This document shows, piece after piece, positions 15,850-26,576 of a DNA stretch of 64,000 nucleotides. The stretch lies in contig NC_042997.1 in assembly GCF_006345805.1 (NCBI RefSeq), positions 7,006,001-7,070,000 of the forward strand, in the 5' to 3' direction. The notes beneath the pieces are model-generated. The model searched no databases, was not told the origin of the DNA, and saw nothing but the letters and a program-made list of their open reading frames with translations. Within the stretch, counting starts at the first letter, position 1; every line of letters starts with the position of its first letter. This DNA comes from Octopus sinensis (Eukaryota). Made by a program: the position numbers and the translations under genes.

Positions 15850-16760
15850 AAATGAATTTTGCAGCCGCGGCTAAAAAGCAACAACAAAAAATTGATGTTA
15901 ACTTCCTAAATACAAGGGTATGATGCATAGTGGGGAGCAAGAGCTAAAGTTGACTCCTTCCCAAGAAGTCACACAGAAGACGAATGGAAAAGTTATAGTC
16001 TACAGGACTTACAGAAAAGGTGCTAAAGCCAATCTGGCCGGGAATTTCTTACCTTGCATGAAAAAGAGAAATACAGAACAGTAAAGGTGTGGTTCGGAAA
16101 AGAAATTTCTGGCAGGTTACGCTCGGCAATCCACTTAAAAACCGTTGAGGTGGTAGTTCTGCAAGACGTGATTCCAGGGTAATGGTAGAAAACATCTCCC
16201 CAGAATAGATGTTGCCTGTCTAGTAGCTGCTATACTGCTGGACCTAGAAGAAAAGAAGTGGCCCCCGAAGCGCCCAGTACTACACATTAAAGTTGGCAAG
16301 AGCAGTGCCTGGATATGGTAATACAATCAGCCCTTGAGGTCCTGCAACATGTGTTTTAGACAATTACAGTTAATACACAGTAGTACACAGAATTAGAGTG
16401 GGGGGTAGGATTTGATGTTTAAAATGTGGCCAAAAAGTCCACTTTAGAGCGAAATGTCCTCCACAGTCCGTAAGGGCACAATAGTCTGCTGAGAATGAAA
16501 AGGGGAAACTACACCTCTACAGTTGGCGAGAAGTAGTAGGAGAGAGATCAGCACCGACGATAAAGCAGAAACCAAAGAAAAATAAATTGTTGCTGAACTG
16601 GAAAAAGGAGACACGAGCAATTTTAAGTATTTGAGGGAAAGGTAAACAGTAGTACGGGACCATATTTGCCTCCTAAATATGGCAGGTCCATTGGATACGA
16701 TGCTACTGTTTTTTATAGGCCCAGGAAGACATCTCCTCCAGCTGGTTAATGACAACAGCG
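15850..16760 (+). mobile_element. Probable decayed L1/Tx1-like ORF1 remnant
   Basis: Locally higher GC; broken frames such as VENISPRIDVACLVAAILLDLEEK and a basic/acidic tail resemble the ORF1 at 43903-45121. Confidence 0.4.
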
Positions 16761-16806
16761 ACATACGTATATATACATATACGCACACACAAACACACAC
16801 AGATAT

Positions 16807-16859
<53 letters not shown>

Positions 16860-16890
16860 ATATAAAGTGTAGGTTACATGCGAATGGTTA

Positions 16891-17190
16891 TATATTTATT
16901 AATAAAATAAGTTTGAAAACGCCACTATATAAGATACATTTTAATTTTCTGAGAAATTTATGTCTCGGTTCTTCTTGAAGAAACGAACTTTTTCAAAAAT
17001 TTATATTTTTAACAGTTAAGTGAAATAAAAGAAACATACATTTCCTTTTATTACCCTTAACTTTTAAAAATATAAATTTTGATAAGGTTCGATTTTTCAA
17101 GAAAAATCGAAACATGTAACATCTCTCAGAAAATTAAAATTTATTTTATATAGTGGTGTTTTCAAACTTCGTTTATAAACATATAAATAT
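16891..17190. repeat. Fold-back inverted repeat (about 145-bp arms), probably inverted PLE pseudo-LTR fragments
   Basis: 16891-17035 is the approximate reverse complement of 17041-17190 (for example AAGTTTGAAAACGCCACTATATAA versus TTATATAGTGGTGTTTTCAAACTT). Each arm carries a decayed hammerhead-like motif, and the unit is flanked by (TA)n. Confidence 0.75.
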
Positions 17191-17227
17191 ATATATGTAT
17201 GTATATTGGTATGTACGAATATATGTT

Positions 17228-17284
<57 letters not shown>

Positions 17285-17800
17285 CTATTGGTATGTATGA
17301 CCATATGTTTATATTAACCATTTTATCTGTTGTTATATTCACGTGAATTTTTCGTGGAAATGGAACAAATATTGCAAGTAGCGAAATGCATGTTAAACTT
17401 AAAACGGTGCGAGACACAATTTACTACTGTTGCCACTGAGGCCCAGGAATATGCACATTTCAAGAAATCGATTGCTAGAATATTTTCAAAAAGTGATGAC
17501 ACGCATTTCACATGTCAGTCATGTAATCGCAAAAATTTCTAGCTGAGACATATTTATAGAATGTTTATAAATTTGCGGTTCAGAACGTAAACACAAACAC
17601 GTTTTATGTTCATAGTTACATACAAATAGTTCTGTGAAATGCAATTACACTAATCAATGTCGTGTCTCTTCTGAGGAAGAGTGTGCAATACACCATTCGT
17701 ACAGGCAAATAATTTTGACCGAAACACAGTTTATATATAATCCCTTCTTCGTTCCCAACAGATTAGTGTGTGTGTGTGTGTATCTATATATGTATGTATG

Positions 17801-17858
<58 letters not shown>

Positions 17859-17976
17859 GTGTGTGTGTGTGTGTGTGTATAAAAGATTGAGGTGGAAATA
17901 GTAGAGAAGTAAATCTAAAACATTTCAATTCAAGAAGGAATTTAATAAAACTTATTTAAATATTATATAAAGAAAA

Positions 17977-18900
17977 CATTCCCGGTTTCGGTGATGAATT
18001 TTATTTTACCAAATATCAGTAAAAATTTATTAAAAAATTGAAGTAAGAATTTGAAGTAAAAACATGTCAGCAGTTTTTTTCGCTTAAGTCTTCTTTAAAT
18101 ATTATTTGGTATAAAGTTCAAAGTGTGAGAGAGAAAGTGAAGGGATATAGTTGTCTATTGTCTAAAAGAAATCCCTCTGAGTTCCTGCCAAGGGAGTGGC
18201 TTAAAAACTTTTATTGAATGAGTTTTAAGTCTAACTGTGGGTTAGTGTGTGTCTGTATTGTGTTTAATGGGGGTCAGTTGGTGTATTGGGGTGTATATGC
18301 ATGGAGTTTGGAGTTATGTTGAATTCATTTATACAGGGTGGGCGTAGCGGTTAGTGGATTTTGGAATTCCTTCTTATTAACATAACGGATATCTGCAGCA
18401 CTGTTGATGGCGGTTGTGGTGATAGAGGAGGATAATTTTATTGATTTAGGGCTAAATATTTTTCTGGAGGGGAGTTAGATTTCGGGAAATGTTTTGGGAG
18501 TGGGGTGAAGATGAGTTAAGGCACTCGATTTTGGACGTTAATGGCAAAGGTCAGGGGAACCATATGACGTCTTGTGTCCTTGTTAGTTTAATCCGATTAG
18601 CAGGGTTACCTGGGGGGACACAGGGTTTTGCATGTGTGTGTTAGTGCCGGCTTTGATGAGTTGTGATGTTTAAAGGTTATCGGGTAGGGGTTCTCTTGTT
18701 AGGTCGATTTCTACTGCAATGTTTTGGCGGGTACTCGAAGGTGAAATATGCGGTTTAGGCCTATCATATGGGGGAACGGAACTATTTTTTTTTCTCCAGG
18801 TTTATTTGAGAGTGGTATGTCTCACATGGGTATACATCAGCTGGATGTTATATTCGGCACGCTGTATGGCACAGTTCTAGTACTCATTATATTAGTCGTA
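17977..18900 (-). mobile_element. Decayed Naiad-type Penelope-like element, 3' portion
   Basis: Minus-strand broken frames DVIWF..FAINV..., KHFPKSN and KIFSPKSIKLSSS match the Naiad linker motif also seen at about 48300-48430. A decayed hammerhead-like motif lies at 17977-18021. Confidence 0.55.
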
Positions 18901-20124
18901 TAACTAACAACTGCAACCACATTTATGTCAGCTGATGTAGCACTACTTTAGTTTCAAATTCCATATAGAATCTAACAGTACATCATTATCTCAACTTATC
19001 AATAATTAACACTTGATTCAACTCCCATCACTCTCAAATAGTCTATAATCACCCACACCATGACTTACAACATATATAATAATAGGTGTGATCTGTGCAA
19101 GCCTAGCTCATGACTATTTTGCAATCCTCGGACTGTTTCAATAAACGCAGCAGTATAATATTCACATGCAAACATCGGGCATTAAACCTAATCTCAAAAT
19201 GCAAAATAATTAGAACCTCATCCCGCACGTATCCCCACATAACTCTCATATATCCTTTTTCCCACCCATCCACCCTCAATACCACTGCGTATTAAATCAA
19301 CACTACTTCCCCACCCCATTTAAGTCCTTAATAGCCGGATATATTTTTACTTACTACCTAAAATAGTCTTCCCTACTTATATTTTTACTCCCTCGCCATT
19401 CTATCTCCTCCACCCGTAAACGTACAAATACACTTTCACCACTTCATTCCTTAATTATTTTTTTCTTGTACCTATTTATGCCCTTTAACCATAAAACCAG
19501 TAATCTATCTTGCATGGTTCATTCGTGCTTTCCCCACCCTACTTTGCATCATTCATACATACGTTCTTTTGTTTCCACAACCAAAAATATCTCCCAACCT
19601 GTCCCCTCAAATTTCTCAAGTCAAATGCCAATCCCACTATTGAACTCTGTGATTAAGCTACCACTACTCTATTATCTACGACGGACCCGTCCAATTCCGC
19701 TTTTAGCTCACTCACCTATATTTTCTTATTTTATTTATCAATTTATTTATCTTTAGGCTATTTCTCTTCTATTGCTTATTTCTCTCCCCATTTGTATACA
19801 TCTCACATACTGTGCCCTCCACACATTCTCACTAAATCTTTGCAACAATTTAACTTTTAATCTAAAGAAGTTAACCATGGCCTGAAGAGTAGCCGGTGGC
19901 ATACACCAGAATTCTATTTTTTTTTTTTTGCACACTCGGCAAACCTGGTTGTCTACCGAGAAATATTAAAATAAATTTTCAGTTCATCGTTCTCCGATGA
20001 AAGAAAATTTCTGCGATCATGCGTGTCAGTAAACCACTCTTATTCTTGAAAGTTATTGTTTTTTAAGTACTCACTTCGGATTACTCCAAGCCAACTTTAT
20101 TCCTGCACCTCGATCCCTGGATCT

Positions 20125-20158
20125 TACATTTATATATATATATATATATATAATATAT

Positions 20159-20204
<46 letters not shown>

Positions 20205-20215
20205 TATATATATAT

Positions 20216-20286
<71 letters not shown>

Positions 20287-20375
20287 CACATATATATATA
20301 TATACATATACACACACACATAAACACACACACACACACACACCACACACACACATATATATATATTTATATATT
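20125..20375. repeat. Long (TA)n plus (CA)n microsatellite
   Basis: Directly visible. Confidence 0.97.
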
Positions 20376-21529
20376 TATAAGGTATGATGAATTTAGGGAA
20401 TCAAGTTCTATAAATCCCGTCAATTTTGTTCAGAAGAGAGGGAACAAATTGTTAAAATTTATAAGACGTTTAATTCTTGCAGACGATCGTTTCGTACAGA
20501 GATATAATAATATGAATTCAATATGAAATAAAATAAAATAAATATAAACGTACTCTTTAGGTACAGGATGGAAAGAAACCATAATACAAGGAACTTAAAA
20601 CGGAACGGGGCAAAACAAATTTGGATCTATGAAAGTCATATTGGTATCCGTGTGAGAAAGAGATGGGAGGTATGTCGGATATTGAACTATAGCTAGTGGC
20701 TAAAACGTTTATTTGAAGATATAGGTAAAGAGGTATCGGAGACGTTCCCTCTATAGATGAATATGGAAATTAGAATTATATATCCATATATGCAGCATAT
20801 GGCAAGTGAGAAGCAGAAATGTTCAATGGGAAGTCAATACCAAATTTAAATTAAAATTAAAACTAACCGTTGAAATCAGTACGTAGCATAATATATATAT
20901 GTTTTAATCAATATAGACAAATGAAATTTAGTGTGAATAATTGGTATATGAGAGCTACTACTAGATAGTTAACGTAAAGAGATAGCAAAAAATAGAGGAA
21001 TAAGAATGAGTTAAAGAGAGAAGCTCATGTATACAAAGGACTCCTGTTTACGTAAAAAATCGTATTAGGTAACACTTATTAATGATAAAGGAGAATATAA
21101 GTAAAAACAGAGAAGTAATTATTAATATTACAATTAAAGAAGTACGTACTTGCGTTGGTTATAAAGATAAAAATGTGAATTTAAAAATAATATTATAAAG
21201 CTAGAAAGAACAAAATAAATGTAGGAAAGAGAAACGAGCAGAGAAAGAGATAATTAAAAAAGCAAAAATCTGGGTAGTGATACTTTGGTTATACAGAAGG
21301 TGTATTTAATATATAAAAAATAAAAAATATTATTTCTAAGGTATTAATCAATCTTAGTATTATTTGATACGAATATAGAATGGCAATATGGTCGAAATGT
21401 TATTCGAATTGTAGAGGTGCCGTGGAAATATAAATATAAGAAAAAATCAACGAGTAGAAGGATACTCGTAAGTGTACAAACATTTACATGTAATATAGAA
21501 GAGATATAATCTAATAAGGAAAAGAGTGT

Positions 21530-21745
21530 GTGTATGTTTAGTCAAACATTTGTCGCTGTTTGTACCCCAACCATCGCTCGAAAACAGATGCTGGTGTGTT
21601 TACATATCCGTAACCAAGCGGTTCGGCAAATAAAGCCGATAGAAAAAGTACTAGACATACAAAGAATAAATCCTGGTGTCGATTTGTTCGACTAAAGGTG
21701 GTACCCATGCATTGCCGCAGTTAAATGACTGAAACAATCCAAAGA
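21530..21745 (+). mobile_element. Octopus-type SINE, diverged copy
   Basis: Homologous in reverse complement to 9040-9240 and 43270-43500 (GCGGTTCGGCAAA..CCGATAGAA.AAGTACTAG..GTCGATTTG.TCGACTAAAGG..GCCGCAGT.AAATGACTGAAAC). Confidence 0.8.
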
Positions 21746-21776
21746 AAAAGTTATTATTATTATTACTATTGTTGCC

Positions 21777-21809
<33 letters not shown>

Positions 21810-22964
21810 TTTGTTGGAGAACAAGAGTAGAAAGAAAATCAATTGCATTTACACTGTATGAAGACGAAAATCTAAGACTTGACAATGATATTTGATTTAA
21901 TTTATTTATGTAATAAAAGATGGGAATAGTCCCTGGTAGCTTTGTGTAGGATATCCCAGCTAATGGAATATCGTATCGAGCCAAGATTGCCCATGCTAAG
22001 TATTCTGTCATCGGAGAGAGGTAGGGTAAACAAACGTATCCTTGGAAAAAATTGTGGATGTTTCCCATCAATGGAAGCTGTTTGGTTTCATAGAGATCTA
22101 GAATGAAAAGAGAAATCCAATTAAATCTAATTGGATCGGGTAATCCTTAGAAACATCCACGATCAGTTTGAATGGTTAGAGAGTAATCCGCCGATCTAAC
22201 TGGATTTAATTGGATTTCTCCTCCCTTTCTAGACATAATGAACCACAACAACTATCATTGCTGAGAAATTTTCTTCCACTGTTATATTTGTTCAGCCTAT
22301 ATCTTTCAGATGACGGAATACTCAGCATGTTGCATTTTCGCTCGACACGATGTTCCGGTAGGTACGATAACCTAGAAACACCATCAGAGACTAAACCCAA
22401 CGTTTCATCATATAGCTAAATTAAATTTTATGTTCACGTCAAGTCTTACCAAAATTGTTTGCCTTTCCATTATACTTTACCCTATACCTACCAATAAAAG
22501 CGGATGCCAGTTCTAGACACCTTGACTGCGTGAGTCACAAAATAACAACTTTAATTGCAGTTCAAATCAGATATCTAGTGGCATACCTATTTGAGTACTC
22601 ACACTCATATCAATTAGTTTTATTCACCATGACGAAAACTGCAAAACTGCTCATATCTCACGTGTATGCGTGTGAGAGAGAGAGAGAGAGAGAAAGGGGA
22701 GGAAAGAGAAGGAGCTTGACTCATTATCAAACTTAGTTTTGTTAGTGTACTACACGTCCAATATGTCAACTGTCCGTAGAAGGTGAAAAACGAATTTCAA
22801 AATTACGTCAAGATGCTTAGGATTCCGTTTTCATACCGTGTATATGCAAATGGTTGTCTTTCTACACTCCTCCAATAACAATTGAAAAGACTGTGTATTT
22901 CCTTATTTTATTAGAGTATTTCTTCTTTATCAGACACTTATTTCATCGCTTATAATGCAAACGA

Positions 22965-23017
<53 letters not shown>

Positions 23018-23019
23018 CC

Positions 23020-23071
<52 letters not shown>

Positions 23072-23076
<5 letters not shown>

Positions 23077-23198
23077 CATGGCCTGCTCGCTTAGCCAGCG
23101 GGGTGGCGTCATTCGAAGGCTAAAACAATGCGAACGCATTGTGACCACCAGTGTGTAACAACATCTGATGGTCTGGTCGGTCACGTGATCACGTGACG
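23072..23198 (+). mobile_element. Short retroposon 3'-end fragment with a (TCACGTGA)-like tandem tail
   Basis: GC-rich 125-bp island between two (TA)n tracts, ending GGTCACGTGATCACGTGACGTGA. Confidence 0.5.
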
Positions 23199-23235
23199 TG
23201 ATATATATATATATATATATATATAGTCATATATA

Positions 23236-23277
<42 letters not shown>

Positions 23278-23420
23278 TATATATATAATATATATTATAT
23301 ATATATGTAAGTATATATATACATATATATGTATAAGGGTGAAAAGGAACACACGAGTTGATATATATGAAAAAACAAGTCAAAATAGAAAATGCTAAAA
23401 TAATTTTATAAAAAACATTT

Positions 23421-23458
23421 CAGTACCGGTTTCGGTCATTTTGAGACCTTTTCAACTG
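23421..23458 (-). ncRNA. Type I hammerhead ribozyme, U3-A8 core variant
   Basis: Minus strand reads CAG-UUGAAAA-GGUC[UCAAAAU]GACC-GAAA-CCGG-UA-CUG: stem I CAG/CUG, stem II GGUC/GACC, palindromic ACCGGU helix III, and a GUA cleavage triplet. Confidence 0.7.
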
Positions 23459-24034
23459 TAACGATTAAATAATTAAATTTAGAAAAATTATAAGAAACAT
23501 TTTTTTAAAGGAATATTTGTATAGTGTTCAGATATAATTTTTAATTCCATTTATTCTATGTCTCCGTTCATAATTTTAAGTGATGTCCGTTTTCTAGAGC
23601 GTGAATGTGGGTTGTATGTGTGTGTGTGTGGGAGTATGAATAAGTATTGTGTTGAAGTATTTAGCTATTTTATTTATTTATAGTTGCCTAGACGTTTTTA
23701 TGTGTATGTATAGGGATATATATAGGGGTGTGATTTAGTGTATGTAGTTAGATATGGTTATATATAATTAGGTATATGTGTATGGGTATATATATAGTTA
23801 TTATTATATTATTATTATTTTTTGTTTTGTTTTATATTTTATATTTTATATTTTATATTTTATATTTAATTGTTGATAGGTTTATTTTAGTTTATATATT
23901 GTTTATATATTGATTATATATGGATTATATATAGGTTATATATGGATTATATATTTATATTTTTTCATTCATACTTTAATTATTTTAAAATTATTATTTT
24001 ATATTTTAAAATATTGATATTTTAGATTGGAAGT

Positions 24035-24077
24035 CCACCTGAAGATTGTCGATCAAGACAAGAAACAATTGTAGTGG
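24035..24077 (+). ncRNA. Type I hammerhead ribozyme, canonical core
   Basis: CCAC-CUGAAGA-UUGUC[GAUCAA]GACAA-GAAA-CAAUUG-UA-GUGG: complete core, 4-bp stem I, 5-bp stem II, palindromic ACAAUUGU helix III. Confidence 0.88.
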
Positions 24078-24340
24078 CGGGTTTTTTGACTATTTATTAA
24101 AATTTTATGTATTGATTAAGTCTTTCCTTGTTTGTTTTGCAAAATAGTGGTTTTGTCTCTAATAATATTTTATATATATATATATATATAAATATATATA
24201 TAGAGACATATATACATATATATATAGACATATATACATACATATATAGACATATATACATATATATATGTATATATATATGCATATGTATGTATATATA
24301 TATATATATATATATATAGATATAGATTTATACTACATAC

Positions 24341-24371
<31 letters not shown>

Positions 24372-24654
24372 GTATGTATTATGTATGTAAGTATATCTGT
24401 TTCTATCTATCTATCTATCTATCTATCTATATATATATACTTACATACATATGCATATATATATATATGTATGTATATATATATGTCAACTCCATTTATT
24501 TACTTATACTATACAAATTACTGCACATTAACCCGGAGTTTCTACCCTTGAATATGTTGCTATCACCTTGTTACTTGCGTGAATTTTGCTACCCTAGTAA
24601 CTGCTTTGAATTTTCCGTGTTAACTGTAATGAAAGGATAATTTATTCATCGTTA

Positions 24655-24769
24655 TATACATATATATATATATATAATATATATATATATGTATATATAC
24701 ATACATACAAACATACCTACATGCATACATACATACATACATACATACATACATACATACATACATACA

Positions 24770-24801
<32 letters not shown>

Positions 24802-24805
24802 CATT
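24655..24805. repeat. (TA)n plus (TACA)n microsatellite
   Basis: Directly visible. Confidence 0.95.
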
Positions 24806-25827
24806 CATATTGCATGGCATAAATTGCACCATTTTATGTTCAGATTCGTGCGTGTGTTTACGGCTGTATACGAGCGCTTTTTTTTTCATTTATTGAATAA
24901 TTATTGCATGTTATAACGCTATCGGTCTCCATAATCATATTTAATCACAAACGTAACATGTATCTCACGGATATGATTATATAAATCAATAGTGGTCATA
25001 CATAAATGAAGTTGCAGATTGTTTTGCTTAGAGAAGAAAATTTTCAATTAATATAATATGAATAAATCATACAATGTTTACGATATACTGGTCATCGTTG
25101 AATATCCTCGTCTAACATTGTTACACGTCTAATGTATATCAAATTACAAAAGCTGTTATGCTGATATCTGCATTTATATAGTGTAGCAAGTCCCAAAAGG
25201 CGGCAATATGTCGTAATAGTCATGTTGCCCGTACAAGTACAATTGTTAGCTTCCCATTGGTTACAATTACTGCCCATATTTGAATAGTAAACTTTCGTCA
25301 AAGTGAAATCTTTCACGAAATACGGTCCTTAGAATTCAGCTTTGAGCAGTTATAAAAACTCTGATGTTTCGAAAAATAATCAGTGATCGTTGTTTGCCAA
25401 TAGACTTCACGACACTCACACTAGTGATTCACGACACTCATAGTAGTGTTCGTTAGTTGTCACTCATCTCCACGACACTCACTAGTACGAGGTACTGGCT
25501 ATTTTTTATGCCATGTCTATTACTTAAATCCAGCAATACTTATTTGAATTGTTGTGTAAACTATAGCAGTTTAGTATGAAATAATTAGCAAGTGTAAATT
25601 TTAGATCGTACCTCTCCACGACAAATTTCTTAAACTTCTAAATGCACTCTAAATATTAAATGTACGTAAATAAGCTAATGCAGTAAATACTTTCTCCTTC
25701 TTCGTTTTCTTCAGATGGTTAATGAAATTTATTTCTACAAGTATGAAATTGTTATCATAGTGGTGAAAAAGAACAGAAATTAATTTATATTCAACGTACA
25801 TACACCTTTCAACATATCCGTTTAATC

Positions 25828-25925
<98 letters not shown>

Positions 25926-26193
25926 CGTGTGTATGTGTGTGTGTTCAAATATATATATTTCATTACGGTGTTTATGTAGCTTCAGTTAAGATTTATGTAT
26001 AGTGACATACTTATAATTAAGTTATAAGACACGATTTTATCAATATAGATTCCTACTGAAGAAATAAAATGTATTTATTATCTATTCCAAGTTGAAACCA
26101 TATAAGATAAAACACCCTTATAAAAGTGATAAAATAGGTAAATCAGCACATTATAAACGTGGTACCCAATCACCGTTATACTAGATTAAAAAC

Positions 26194-26230
<37 letters not shown>

Positions 26231-26479
26231 ATATTATTCAAAGAAATTCCAATTCTCTCTGTTTTTTATGTTTTATTTATATTCTTTATAATATTAATGT
26301 AGAATATAGAATATGTAGTATAAATAATATATATATAGTAACATGAAATGAAGTATTGATTGTCTTATTGAATAGATGAAATATTGAATATAAAATATAA
26401 AATATTCAGGGACTAGTAAACTTTCTTGCATTATAGCAGTCTTCAAGGTCCCAGGTTGTGACAGAAGCGTTTCAACTGT

Positions 26480-26575
<96 letters not shown>

Positions 26576-26576
<1 letters not shown>

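Larger units (their letters stand above)
23330..24165. mobile_element. PLE pseudo-LTR remnants carrying two divergently oriented hammerheads
   Basis: 23350-23500 (-) is homologous to 56930-57060 (+). There is a weak minus-strand GIY-YIG-like remnant (HALENGH) at about 23580-23605, hammerheads at 23421-23458 (-) and 24035-24077 (+), and (TA)n on both sides. Confidence 0.65.

Noticed and set aside
17668-17730. CTGAGGA ... GACCGAAAC as a hammerhead
   Set aside because: No pairable stem II or stem I in register.
18330-18372. PLE RT motif GIPKIH..PLRP on the minus strand
   Set aside because: It needs a frameshift and a stop read-through, and lies downstream of the linker motif where RT is not expected.
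25092-25316. Cys-containing 74-aa minus-strand ORF
   Set aside because: No family motif or splice context; the length is compatible with chance.
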